This document shows positions 29,000-39,003 of a stretch of DNA of 64,000 nucleotides, piece by piece. The position numbers and the translations under genes were made by a program. The stretch comes from an uncultured Oscillospiraceae bacterium (GTDB lineage: Bacteria; Bacillota; Clostridia; Peptostreptococcales; Anaerovoracaceae). Each line of letters opens with the position of its first letter. Position 1 is the first letter of the stretch. Location of the stretch: assembly GCA_964367585.1 (NCBI GenBank), contig CAYIYH010000003.1, positions 36,134-100,133 of the forward strand, given 5' to 3'. A model generated the notes under the pieces. That model worked only from the letters and a program-made list of their open reading frames with translations, did not search any database and was not told the DNA's origin.

Positions 29000-29053
29000 C
29001 CCTTTTTTCTTGCATTTTAAAGAAAAAAAAGTCTCATCTTAATAGTTTGAAGT

Positions 29054-29099
29054 AAAAAAACAGGACATTGTAAAAATTTTCTTTACTACTTCCTGTTTT
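29054..29099 (-). terminator. Terminator after the sigma54 activator gene
   Basis: Stem aaacagga / tcctgttt with a long loop; a T-run follows on the minus strand. Confidence 0.5.
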
Positions 29100-29150
29100 C
29101 TAATACTATATGATAATTATTTCACTTATTATCTTATCTAGTATATTGTT

Positions 29151-30515
29151 TTAACCATTTTGCCTTTTTATGTTTAATTTATTTAACTTGTAGTTTAACA
29201 ACTGTTTAGATATATTTAATTTTTTTGCAGCTTCGACTTTATTGCTACTTTTTTTCATAATTTCAGCAATGTATGCTCTTTCAAATTCCAACATGCTTTT
29301 ATCTAATGATGTCATTTCCTTAACATGTTTCTTTGCCTGATATTCATAATATATTCGCTTTGGTATATCAGAGATAGTAATTATTCTATCATCCGTCAAA
29401 TGACACATTGCCTCTACTACATTCTTCAACTCTCTAATATTTCCTGGCCAGGAATACGCTTTTAAACACTCCATCGTCTCTTTGTCAACTTCTCTAACCA
29501 TTTTAGGGTTATCATTCTTTAACTGATTCAAAAAATATTCTACTAGAAGCTCAATATCAGATCTTCTTTCATGAAGAGACGGAACATCTAGAGTTATTGC
29601 ACTAATTCTATAGAATAAATCTTTTCTCAAATTCCCAATTCTAATTGAATCAAAAGGATCTTCATTACATGCGCAAATTATTCTAACATCAACAGGAACA
29701 TATTCTTGACCACCAATCTTCATTATTTTTTGTTCCTCTATTGCCTTTAGTATTTTACCTTGAGATTCTATGTCCATCGAGTTAATTTCATCTAAAAACA
29801 ATGTTCCCCCTGTTGCTAATTGGAAAATTCCCAATTTATTTTCCGCTCCGGTAAATCCCCCTTTTTCGGTTCCAAATAAAATACTCTCAAGTAAATTACC
29901 AGGAATTGCTGCACAGTTTTGCGAGATAAAGGGCTTTCTTTTTCTATCACTAGATGAGTGAATAGCTTGTGCAACTAATTCTTTACCTGTTCCCGTATCT
30001 CCACATATCAAGATTGGCATATCAGTCTTTGCAGCTTTTTTAATTAGCTCCTTTAACGAAATCATCTTCTCATCTTTTGTTATTATGTCATCAAGCGTAT
30101 AATTCCTATTCTGCCCGATTCCCTTTTTGCTTTTTAAATAAATTGCGTGATTATTCTTTTTCACATCATGAATTTTTGCAATTTCTACAGCACCTACGAC
30201 AACACCATCTTCGATAATTGGTAATGTATCAACGATACCAGTATGTGTATCTCCCTTAAATGTAGTCCAAGTAGTCAAGTGATTTAATATTGGTTTCTCA
30301 GTTTTAATCACCTTATACATATTACTGCTTTCTTCGTTTGAGCTCACATAAACATCAAACAAGTGTGAGCCTATAATCTCTTTTAAATCAAAAGAATATG
30401 CCCCATCTAAAAAAGTTTCCGCATATACAATATACCCATCCTTATCAATAATGCATATATCGTCTACCAAATTATACAGCATTAGTATACGTTCAATATT
30501 ATGTTGCAGCATCAT
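29151..30515 (-). CDS. Sigma54-dependent transcriptional activator (PAS + AAA+ + Fis-type HTH)
   Basis: Motifs GDTGTGKELVAQAIH, ESILFGTEKGGFTGA and a C-terminal HTH. The start is ATG 30515 or 30512 (MMLQH) with GGAGG upstream. The track's N-terminal extension reads through repeat copy 2. Confidence 0.85.
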   Translation of the reverse strand: MMLQHNIERILMLYNLVDDICIIDKDGYIVYAETFLDGAYSFDLKEIIGSHLFDVYVSSNEESSNMYKVIKTEKPILNHLTTWTTFKGDTHTGIVDTLPIIEDGVVVGAVEIAKIHDVKKNNHAIYLKSKKGIGQNRNYTLDDIITKDEKMISLKELIKKAAKTDMPILICGDTGTGKELVAQAIHSSSDRKRKPFISQNCAAIPGNLLESILFGTEKGGFTGAENKLGIFQLATGGTLFLDEINSMDIESQGKILKAIEEQKIMKIGGQEYVPVDVRIICACNEDPFDSIRIGNLRKDLFYRISAITLDVPSLHERRSDIELLVEYFLNQLKNDNPKMVREVDKETMECLKAYSWPGNIRELKNVVEAMCHLTDDRIITISDIPKRIYYEYQAKKHVKEMTSLDKSMLEFERAYIAEIMKKSSNKVEAAKKLNISKQLLNYKLNKLNIKRQNG

Positions 30516-30537
30516 ATGCCTCCTAATATATGTTATT

Positions 30538-30595
30538 ATAACCACGGCACGGACTAATCGTGCAAGCACATCAGCTCCTTAGCATCGATTTAAAA
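30538..30595 (+). repeat. Dispersed ~57-bp repeat, copy 2
   Basis: ATAACCACGGCACGGACTAATCGTGCAAGCACATCAGCTCCTTAGCATCGATTTAAAA. Confidence 0.75.
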
Positions 30596-30690
30596 TAAAT
30601 TTGTATTTTAAAATGTTTACTTTAATAGTATAATAAAAACAAGAGAAAAAAAAATAAAAATTGAAATATTTTTATAGTAAGGAATTAAAA

Positions 30691-31320
30691 TTGTTCAAGA
30701 AAATTATATTTCTAATGTTAGGATTTTTTATTTGTGCATTAGGACAAAGCTTATTCATATTCTGTGACTTAGGAGCTGATCCCTGGACTGTTTTCCACCA
30801 AGGATTAACTTTTTATTTCCCCATTACTATTGGCCAAGCCATACAAATAGTTGGTTTTGCAATAATTGCCGGTGGAGTATTCGTAAAAATCTATCCCGGA
30901 ATAGGGACTGTGCTAAACATGATATTTATCGGACTATTTACGGATATTATTATAGAATCAAACTTAATATCTACCCCCGACACTCTATTCTCAAAATTAT
31001 TAATGTGCATATTAGGTGTCTTCATCTTTGGTTTCGGAATTTTTCTTTATATTAGTCAAGAATTAGGTGCAGGGCCTCGAGATGGAGTAATGGTTATACT
31101 AACACAAAAAACTAAATTCCAAGTAGGTACAGTTAGAAATTTAATAGAAATAACTGTTTTAATTATAGGGTATTTTTTAGGCGGAACAGTAGGAATAGGC
31201 ACTCTAATTGCAAGCCTTGGAGCAGGTGTTTCACTCCAACTTTTCTTCACACTTTTTAAAAGAAATGCAAAGGATTTAAATCAAAAAACCTTGGTCGACT
31301 TGTTTCAAAAAAGCAAATAA
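30691..31320 (+). CDS. YczE/YitT-like small multi-pass membrane protein
   Basis: It is a paralog of 50364-50999. Both appear to begin at TTG-TTC-AAG-AAA after AGGA, and both carry the ELGAGPRDG motif. Confidence 0.65.
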   Translation: MFKKIIFLMLGFFICALGQSLFIFCDLGADPWTVFHQGLTFYFPITIGQAIQIVGFAIIAGGVFVKIYPGIGTVLNMIFIGLFTDIIIESNLISTPDTLFSKLLMCILGVFIFGFGIFLYISQELGAGPRDGVMVILTQKTKFQVGTVRNLIEITVLIIGYFLGGTVGIGTLIASLGAGVSLQLFFTLFKRNAKDLNQKTLVDLFQKSK

Positions 31321-31422
31321 AAGTATTTTCGCACAGTTTATCTTAAAAATAATTTTACACAATTTATACTCGCGCGAGTCGCTGCTTCTCTTCGTAATTT
31401 CAAACAAACTTTCCCGTTTCGC

Positions 31423-32301
31423 TTATTTCAATCGATTATTTTGCGAAAGCATTTGCAACCGATTTATTCTTTCTGATGTAGGTGGATGAGTATCAGCCAA
31501 TGCAGAGAAAAACCCTTGCTTTTTGGAACTCTTTGTGATCTCACATAGCGCTGATGCTAATGTTAATCCATACCCTAATCTGTGCGCATACTCATCTGCT
31601 TTGAATTCATTTTCTCTAGAGCTCTTATGCACCAACAATACTCCGATTCGTGTCCATATCCACATAAACAGTCCTGTGACTGCTATCAAAATGAGTTGGA
31701 ATATTACACTAAGCAGGCTCCCTATTCTCGATATTCCTAATATGGTCAAAATCAACCATATTACTATTCTCGTTACTACTATTATAGTTGTAATTACTAA
31801 ATTCCCCACAGATATTAACAACAGTAAATCCGTATCCCTATTGACTAAATGCGCAAACTCGTGCGCCAATATCGCCTGTATTTTAGTAGGGGGTAAATTC
31901 AAAAGTCCCCGATTTATACATATCGTCTTGCGACCTGTTGCAAATGCGTTTGCCGTCGGATCTTCTATTACAAATAGTTTTATGTTATCCGGCAACTCTG
32001 GATTCAATACTTTTGCTCTCCTATAGACTACATCAAATAGTGGCATCAGTGCATAGCTATCGGCAGGTTTCATTTTTTTTGCACCAATCTCTAATCTTAA
32101 CATAAACTCTCCAATAGGAGAAAGTGCAATAATCATTGACACTATATAGACTAGCAGTGATGTGCCCACTGCGGTCAAGATATCGAGTGAAAATAGTCCA
32201 CTAAAAATAAACGCAATCAATGCTATATTTAGAAAAACATATACTAAAGCACTAATGTTAGATTCTCTAAATAACTTTTTAATAAAATCGAATATATACA
32301 T
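31423..32301 (-). CDS. M48-family (HtpX-like) zinc metalloprotease
   Basis: It has an HEFAH zinc motif and several TM segments. The probable start is ATG 32301 (MYIFDF). Confidence 0.8.
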   Translation of the reverse strand: MYIFDFIKKLFRESNISALVYVFLNIALIAFIFSGLFSLDILTAVGTSLLVYIVSMIIALSPIGEFMLRLEIGAKKMKPADSYALMPLFDVVYRRAKVLNPELPDNIKLFVIEDPTANAFATGRKTICINRGLLNLPPTKIQAILAHEFAHLVNRDTDLLLLISVGNLVITTIIVVTRIVIWLILTILGISRIGSLLSVIFQLILIAVTGLFMWIWTRIGVLLVHKSSRENEFKADEYAHRLGYGLTLASALCEITKSSKKQGFFSALADTHPPTSERINRLQMLSQNNRLK

Positions 32302-32418
32302 AGATTTTCTCCGAGCGACTTTAAGGCAATAAAATAACACATGTTGTATTATCACTATATGTTATTTTATCAAAACAAACTATCTATACTTCATAATACA
32401 TCTTATCAACCAAAATTT

Positions 32419-34098
32419 CTAAGACTTAGTCAATTTCTTCTTCATTCTGCGAGGCTTAGATGCTTCGGGACCTAATCGGGATACTCTATTGCGTTGATAC
32501 GACTCGAAGTTCCCTTCGTGCCAGAACCAGTTTCCAGGTTCTTCATCAGTACCTTCCCAAGCTATAATATGTGTAGCTATGCGATCGAGGAAAAATCTAT
32601 CATGGCTTATTACAACAGAACATCCTGGGAAATCCAAGAGTGCCTCCTCTAGGCTAGACAACGTTGCTATATCCAAATCGTTGGTCGGTTCGTCTAATAG
32701 AATCAAATTTCCGCCTTCTTTTAGCGTCAGTGCAAGATTCAATCTGTTTCTTTCACCACCCGAGAGGACTCCTGCCTTCTTTTGCTGATCCGAGCCTTTA
32801 AATCCAAATCCCGAAAGGTATGCCCGGCTTGGTATCTCGACATTGCCTACCTTGATATAATCTTCACCGCCTGAGACTACTTCCCACAAAGTTTTATCGG
32901 GGTCTAATCCCGCTCTGTTTTGGTCGACATAAGAAATCTTTACGGTATCACCTATCTCGAGCGAACCACCACTTATTTCTTCCAATCCAACTATTGCTTT
33001 AAAAAGAGTAGTTTTTCCCACACCATTAGGTCCGATTACTCCTACAATCCCACCCTGTGGAAGTGAAAAAGAAAGGTCTTTTATCAAAACACGGTCACCA
33101 AATGATTTGCTGATATGGTCTGCAACTATTACTTTTGTTCCAAGACGTTCTCCGACTTGTATTTTAATATCTGTAAAATCTACGTTTTTAGCCGCGGCAG
33201 CTTCTGCCTGCATTTCAGCGAATCGCTCTAGACGAGCCTTACTTTTAGTTTGACGAGCCTTAGGGGAACTTCTTACCCATTCCAATTCTGCCTCTATTCT
33301 TTTTACAAGCTTTGCTTGCTGTTGTCCTTGTGCGGCAAGCCTAGACGCTTTTGTTTCAAGATATGTAGAGTAGTTACCTTCGTATGGATATAACTGTCCT
33401 CGATCGACTTCACAAATCCACTCTGCTACGTTGTCTAAAAAGTATCTATCATGCGTTACTGCTAAAACTGCCCCAGGGTAAGTCTTTAAGAATTGCTCAA
33501 GCCAAAGGACTGATTCGGCATCAAGGTGGTTAGTAGGTTCGTCGAGTAAAAGCAAATCAGGAGCTTCTAATAGTAATTTACAAAGTGCTACACGGCGTCT
33601 TTCTCCTCCAGACAAGATATTGATTGGAGTATCTGCCTCCGGGCATTGAAGGGCATCCATAGCCTGATACAATTTGCTATCTATATCCCAGCCGTCTGCG
33701 GCTTCTATTTCGACTTGCAAATCTCCCATTTCCGCCATCAAACCGTCAAAATCGGCATCGGGCTCCATCATTTCTTCGCCAATCTTGTTATATCTTTCCA
33801 CTTTTTGCATCAATTCGCCAAATGCCTGTCTGATATTTTCAATTACTGTCTTATCCTCGTCGAGATGCGGTTCTTGTTGCAATATTCCAACTGTAAATCC
33901 CGGAGTAAGCTTTGCATCTCCCGCAGAAACTTCTTCCAAACCCGCCATAACTTTTAGCATCGTCGATTTTCCCATTCCATTCGGTCCGACTACTCCGATT
34001 TTTGCCCCATGATAAAACGAAAGTGAAACATCATCGAGAATGACTTTGTCACCATGCGCTTTGCGCGCCTTGTACATTTGGTATATAAATTCCGGCAT
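32419..34098 (-). CDS. ettA: ABC-F ATPase, energy-dependent translational throttle protein
   Basis: 559 aa with two ABC cassettes (GPNGMGKST; GPNGVGKTT; LSGGERRR/LSGGERNR). The N-terminus is EttA-like (MPEFIYQMYKARKAHGDK). Confidence 0.9.
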   Translation of the reverse strand: MPEFIYQMYKARKAHGDKVILDDVSLSFYHGAKIGVVGPNGMGKSTMLKVMAGLEEVSAGDAKLTPGFTVGILQQEPHLDEDKTVIENIRQAFGELMQKVERYNKIGEEMMEPDADFDGLMAEMGDLQVEIEAADGWDIDSKLYQAMDALQCPEADTPINILSGGERRRVALCKLLLEAPDLLLLDEPTNHLDAESVLWLEQFLKTYPGAVLAVTHDRYFLDNVAEWICEVDRGQLYPYEGNYSTYLETKASRLAAQGQQQAKLVKRIEAELEWVRSSPKARQTKSKARLERFAEMQAEAAAAKNVDFTDIKIQVGERLGTKVIVADHISKSFGDRVLIKDLSFSLPQGGIVGVIGPNGVGKTTLFKAIVGLEEISGGSLEIGDTVKISYVDQNRAGLDPDKTLWEVVSGGEDYIKVGNVEIPSRAYLSGFGFKGSDQQKKAGVLSGGERNRLNLALTLKEGGNLILLDEPTNDLDIATLSSLEEALLDFPGCSVVISHDRFFLDRIATHIIAWEGTDEEPGNWFWHEGNFESYQRNRVSRLGPEASKPRRMKKKLTKS

Positions 34099-34177
34099 AT
34101 TCTTCTCCTAACTTTTAATAAATCTTATTAAATTATATATAACTTTTTTCTCTGCCTGGCTTAAGTGTTATGTAACT

Positions 34178-35092
34178 TTATACGATTCTATTTTTATCTC
34201 CGCCTTGCTTAAATGTTTCTATATTTTCTCTACAAACTTCAATTACCTTTTTTCTCATTTCGAGCGGTGCCCATGCCACATGAGAAGTTGCAAAACAATT
34301 AGGTAACTCTATAAATGGATGATTTACCACAGGTGGTTCTTTTGCTAAAACATCGACACCAAGTGCTTTTATTTTTCCACTAATCAATGCTTCTCGCACA
34401 TCATTTTCATTTAATAATGCACCTCTTGCCGTATTAATTATGATAACGCCATCATTCAATTTGGCAATGAATTCTTTGTTTACAAATCCTATGTTTTCGG
34501 GTGTTGCTGGGCAATGAAGAGATATAATATCGGACTTAAGAGTTTCCGTTTTATCTTGGCTATATATATTTACCTTCATCCCAAGAGCGGTAGCTATATT
34601 CGCGACTAATTTCCCTATACTGCCATACCCAATTATTCCTAAGCTTTTGCCATGTAGCAGCATGATGTCGTGATTAACCATTGCGAAGTCTTTGCTTTCA
34701 TACCATTTGCCATCTTTTACGTCTTTGTCGAACGCGGATACATTGTTTGCAATTGCTAAAATAAGTGCAAATGTGTGTTGCGCAACCGATTCCGTAGAAT
34801 ACGCAGGCACATTAAATACTGCCACTCCGTTTTCTTTAGCAGCATTAATGTCTACATTGTCGTAGCCAGTAGCCGTCACGCCTACAAACTTGAGATTTGG
34901 GCATGCTCTCATAATATCAGTATTTATTTTTACCTTACAAATTAGTATTCCATCTGCATCGCCAATGCGATTGATAACTTCCTCAGGAGGAGTCCTGTCA
35001 TATATAGTTATCTCACTTACAACCGATTCAACTGGTTTCCAATCGGCATCTTCTCTGTTAACTGCATACCCATCTAAAACTACTATTTTCAT
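34178..35092 (-). CDS. D-isomer-specific 2-hydroxyacid dehydrogenase
   Basis: 304 aa with GIIGYGSIGKLVA NAD motif and ARGALLNE...SHVAW catalytic blocks. Confidence 0.85.
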   Translation of the reverse strand: MKIVVLDGYAVNREDADWKPVESVVSEITIYDRTPPEEVINRIGDADGILICKVKINTDIMRACPNLKFVGVTATGYDNVDINAAKENGVAVFNVPAYSTESVAQHTFALILAIANNVSAFDKDVKDGKWYESKDFAMVNHDIMLLHGKSLGIIGYGSIGKLVANIATALGMKVNIYSQDKTETLKSDIISLHCPATPENIGFVNKEFIAKLNDGVIIINTARGALLNENDVREALISGKIKALGVDVLAKEPPVVNHPFIELPNCFATSHVAWAPLEMRKKVIEVCRENIETFKQGGDKNRIV

Positions 35093-35169
35093 TTAACTTA
35101 TCCTTTCATATAAACTCTGCACTAATGCAATAATACCTTAATTTTTATTGATGCCCACAAATGAACGAT

Positions 35170-35493
35170 CTAAAAATTACTTCTCGAATATTTCACAGCA
35201 ACGATAAGAACTCCTTTTTTCACTTCATCAATACGGTATATAATTGTAAAGTTCTTCACGAATACTTGTCGATACCCCCTGTTTGCGAATGCACCTGTCC
35301 TTCGTCTAGGAAACCGGTGTGGCATAATTTCAAGTGAAATCACAGTTTCTTCCAATTTTTCCACTAGGGTTTTTGCCGCAGTATTAGATTTCAATTCATT
35401 AGAAATGTAGCAATAAATATCATCTATTTGCTCCACAGCACGCGAGAGCAATCTTACTTGATATTTATTCAAAATGCTTCCTCCGCAAGTCAT
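35170..35493 (-). CDS. RelE/ParE-family type II toxin
   Basis: Small basic protein directly downstream of, and overlapping, a Phd/YefM antitoxin gene. The start is ATG 35493 or TTG 35472. Confidence 0.7.
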   Translation of the reverse strand: MTCGGSILNKYQVRLLSRAVEQIDDIYCYISNELKSNTAAKTLVEKLEETVISLEIMPHRFPRRRTGAFANRGYRQVFVKNFTIIYRIDEVKKGVLIVAVKYSRSNF

Positions 35494-35728
35494 TCAAAGA
35501 TTCTCTTGCCTCAAAAAGCTTTCCATCTAAAAGATACTGCGCTTCGGCACTGGCTATTTCTGCATCCAATGCCAAGTCGTCAAGCATTGCCTCGTAAGTT
35601 TCTACGCTCATAACAACCAAATCACCATATCCATTTTTCGTGATAAAAATAGGTTCATTTTTTGCGTGACATAATTCAGAAATCTCATTTGTGTTTCTTA
35701 ATTCTGTTATTGGTCTGATCTGTGCCAT
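35465..35728 (-). CDS. Phd/YefM-family type II antitoxin
   Basis: 87 aa with an N-terminus (IRPITELRNTNEISELCHAKNEPIFITKNGYGDLVVMSVETYE) typical of Phd/YefM. Confidence 0.8.
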   Translation of the reverse strand: MAQIRPITELRNTNEISELCHAKNEPIFITKNGYGDLVVMSVETYEAMLDDLALDAEIASAEAQYLLDGKLFEARESLNDLRRKHFE

Positions 35729-35810
35729 ATCCCCACCCCTTTCTTATGCATATAATTATAGCATAATAATATACAAAATGTAATAATACTATGATTTAGT
35801 TTGCAAAAAT

Positions 35811-38267
35811 TTACTGTGTTTCTAAATATAGAAGAAAACCAAACAGGATTATTCCTACTGATGATACTACTATCCCTGCATTTTTCAATGGAGCTTTGAA
35901 TTCTAGGGTAAATTCGTGATCACCGGCTGATAGCTCTGCTCCTACATATCTGCCATTGACCTTTTCTATCTCAATCCTTTCGCCGTTCACAGTCAATTCG
36001 AATCCCTCTGAGTATGGAATAGATGTCACCAAATAGCCGTCTTCCCCCATAGAAATTTCACCACTGATAATATCTCCATGCACGTCATTGATTTGAGCTT
36101 CGATAATACCATCCGACACACTGTCCAAATATCCCAATTCACCTACAAAAATCTGAACATTCTCGATAGAATGTAACCCTTTGGAAAACTGAAAAGTAAG
36201 CATATCTAAATCGGAACTTGCAAACACATAGTTAAAATTATAGTTTCCATTGTGATACTTCCAGTCTTCCATAGTGAGTCTATTATTTTGATCATTTATG
36301 CCTATCGTCATATCTTTTCCGGGGCTCGTCTCGTTTGAATTGTTTTCAAAATTAATGATCAATATTTTGCCTTGCATATAGTAGGGAAGTTTATATTCGT
36401 ACGTTTCAGTTTCATTCCCATTGATTTCATAAGAATCTCCAAATGTTTTAAATTCTATTAAAAATTCCTCGGGTAGATGTACTTCTTCAAAATTAAATTC
36501 TGTTTTTATCGATTCGACTCCTAAATTTGCATTTTCGACAACTACACCCTCTAGCAACAACTCATTATTATATGGATATGTTAAAGAACCAAAGTAATTC
36601 GTTGAAAAAATGTTACTGCTCCCATATATTATCGGGAAGGCGAGGCGATTTTCGTATACTACCAATCCATCATTTTCATTTCCGATATCATTGAAGTTGC
36701 TATTATCGTTATTATTGTCAGTCTCATTCTCGTTTTTTTCTTCGTGTGCTATTTCCTCAACTTCCTCATGCCCATACGTATTGAATTCCCCTGCCCCCTT
36801 TTTGCTCACAATATATTTACTTCCATTTACTATATTGAATATCGGATTTTCGGTTTCCGATATAATATTAGAACTCCTATTCCTGTGATTGTTATTAAAA
36901 ATATCAAAGTAGGCTTCGTGATAATTCAAGTTTGTGGTGGAAGAATATAAAGTGCTAATGTTATGATTTTTATCTGCGACTGTGTTTATTTCCGACATGC
37001 CCATATTGCTTGTGCTTATTCTATAAAACCCGTCGTCGCCCGAGATTATTTCTCTTACTATATTTTCGTACTCACTACTGTCCAAAGCTCTTTCTTCCAC
37101 ATAATCATCCATGCTCGATCCGATAAGTCCAATACTTACAGAGCTAATCATCAACAAACACATCAGCGGTCGCATCAAAACTTTTCGATTTAGAACTTGC
37201 GAACTCCATACTAAAAACTCTTTTATTGATATTATCATAAGTGGCAAAAACGGGATTAATATTTTACCTTCTACATACATAAATCCGTTTAACACGTACG
37301 TAATAATTGGGAATACTACGGGAAGTGCCAACATAATGCCCAGGAATCTTTTTTCTCTTCTTTGAGTTAACAAGTATATTATGCTTATTAACCCAATCAA
37401 TCCCAATCCTATGCCATAATACCTATACAAAATAAAGTGCAAATTAACAGCCGGTAAAAGTAGGTTCAATAAATTTTCATCGGTATTTACCGAAGTTCTA
37501 TTCGTCAATATTACATAAAATGTCGGCAATATTAGGAATGTGGACATCAATACTCCCACGAAAACTGGCGAAATAAAATTAATTCCGTCTATAATAAATG
37601 ATTTAATTCGAACGGATTTATTCAAGGCGATATATCGATATACCCCATATATTATTGTAGCGATAATTGCCGAAATGCTGTAGTAATAGCTCGTCATAAT
37701 GATCAAAAAAATCGCAATAGATAATAATGCATTTTTACCTTCTTCTAATTTTTTATCTACTCCCCAAAGTGCTAGTATCAAAAAGGGCATATAGAGCATA
37801 AACATTATATGTCTGTGCGAATGAAAGAACATTCCTCCTGAAAACATGAATATTACAGACAAGCAAAAACTAGTAAATGGAGTGACATCTTTTTTACGAA
37901 AAAATGCATACATAATAATCGTTGCAGATAGGACTGCAACGATGGAAATTATACTAATATAAGTCGTCATTTCTAGGGTTGGGAATAGATATGAAGGCAA
38001 AATTAACGGGTTAAATAGTCCGTAGTATACGATGTTGTATATGTTCTGCCCGCCTCCAAGATTCATTGCAAAATCCGGAAAAATGTCGCCCGTATCATAA
38101 TACAATTGCCTTAGGTAGTCTGGAAAAACAGTATGCTGAAATTGCCAGTCCATCTCTGAGCCATACATTTTATTCGGGAATATTAACATTCCAACTGCCG
38201 CAATAAGTAAAATAAAAAGAAAAAGAATCGATATGAAATCCGATTTTTGAGGGAATTTTTTTTGCAT
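35811..38267 (-). CDS. YfhO-family membrane protein (GT-C-like extracytoplasmic glycosyltransferase)
   Basis: 818 aa with an N-terminal multi-TM region, a large extracytoplasmic domain and a C-terminal TM. It lies in the same locus as GtrA and GT2 genes. Confidence 0.7.
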   Translation of the reverse strand: MQKKFPQKSDFISILFLFILLIAAVGMLIFPNKMYGSEMDWQFQHTVFPDYLRQLYYDTGDIFPDFAMNLGGGQNIYNIVYYGLFNPLILPSYLFPTLEMTTYISIISIVAVLSATIIMYAFFRKKDVTPFTSFCLSVIFMFSGGMFFHSHRHIMFMLYMPFLILALWGVDKKLEEGKNALLSIAIFLIIMTSYYYSISAIIATIIYGVYRYIALNKSVRIKSFIIDGINFISPVFVGVLMSTFLILPTFYVILTNRTSVNTDENLLNLLLPAVNLHFILYRYYGIGLGLIGLISIIYLLTQRREKRFLGIMLALPVVFPIITYVLNGFMYVEGKILIPFLPLMIISIKEFLVWSSQVLNRKVLMRPLMCLLMISSVSIGLIGSSMDDYVEERALDSSEYENIVREIISGDDGFYRISTSNMGMSEINTVADKNHNISTLYSSTTNLNYHEAYFDIFNNNHRNRSSNIISETENPIFNIVNGSKYIVSKKGAGEFNTYGHEEVEEIAHEEKNENETDNNNDNSNFNDIGNENDGLVVYENRLAFPIIYGSSNIFSTNYFGSLTYPYNNELLLEGVVVENANLGVESIKTEFNFEEVHLPEEFLIEFKTFGDSYEINGNETETYEYKLPYYMQGKILIINFENNSNETSPGKDMTIGINDQNNRLTMEDWKYHNGNYNFNYVFASSDLDMLTFQFSKGLHSIENVQIFVGELGYLDSVSDGIIEAQINDVHGDIISGEISMGEDGYLVTSIPYSEGFELTVNGERIEIEKVNGRYVGAELSAGDHEFTLEFKAPLKNAGIVVSSVGIILFGFLLYLETQ

Positions 38268-38313
38268 AGTTTGAGCCTTTATTTTTGATAGTATATTTTA
38301 CATATTTAAGCCT

Positions 38314-39003
38314 TTATTTTGGAGAGATTTTTTTAAGGAATATATCTGTATCTCGTTCAATTAATTGAAGCTTTTTACTTACGATGTTAATGTATTTTTC
38401 TTCGTTCTTTTGCGATATATCTCGTTCATTTTCCAATATTTCCAAGTATGCGATTATTTCCGACAATGGAGATTTGCATTGATTTATGTATTCTATTCTC
38501 ATATCGTTTTCTCTATTTTTTTTATATTGTTTTTCCGCTGCTTTTATGCTATCCTTTTGAATTTCTATGTTTATTATATCTTCTAATTTGTATAAAACCT
38601 TATCATGTTTACCTAAATCATATTCCTGCGAAACGCCTTTTTTCTTACAGAACATTATTATCGAATCTATATATTCTTTATCCTTTTTTTGTTCTTGATA
38701 ATACATTACATATATTATTAGTACAACTAAAACCGCAAAGAATATATCTCTTGGCATTCCTGCATAAATTATAAAATTGAGGAAACCATACTGATCATAA
38801 TATTGATATGAAAACATAATTCCCAAAATTACAGAAAGAAGTAGCAACGATGTATAGAGCGCGATTACAGTAATTATTATCTTTTCCCAGAATATCTTTT
38901 GCAAATTTATTATTCTATCATCATTATTTTTCGATTGATTTTTCCAGCGTTTTTTTCGCCTTCTGTGAATACTATCAGATATGTTTTTAAACAATACTAA
39001 CAT
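38314..39003 (-). CDS. Membrane protein with a degenerate HisKA (DHp)-like C-terminus and no ATPase domain
   Basis: It has two TM segments, then EYINQCKSPLSEIIAYLEILENERDISQKNEEKYINIVSKKLQ. This aligns to the H-box of the upstream kinase (YLAHDLKTPLTSIIGYIDLLKEESNLSDENKEKYLSIALKKAK) with Asn in place of His. Confidence 0.45.
   Translation of the reverse strand: MLVLFKNISDSIHRRRKKRWKNQSKNNDDRIINLQKIFWEKIIITVIALYTSLLLLSVILGIMFSYQYYDQYGFLNFIIYAGMPRDIFFAVLVVLIIYVMYYQEQKKDKEYIDSIIMFCKKKGVSQEYDLGKHDKVLYKLEDIINIEIQKDSIKAAEKQYKKNRENDMRIEYINQCKSPLSEIIAYLEILENERDISQKNEEKYINIVSKKLQLIERDTDIFLKKISPK

Noticed and set aside
31365-31380. Perfect 12-bp palindrome ACTCGCGCGAGT between convergent genes, as a possible terminator.
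   Set aside because: It has no loop and no T-run, and may be chance or a restriction-type site. There is not enough evidence to call a feature.
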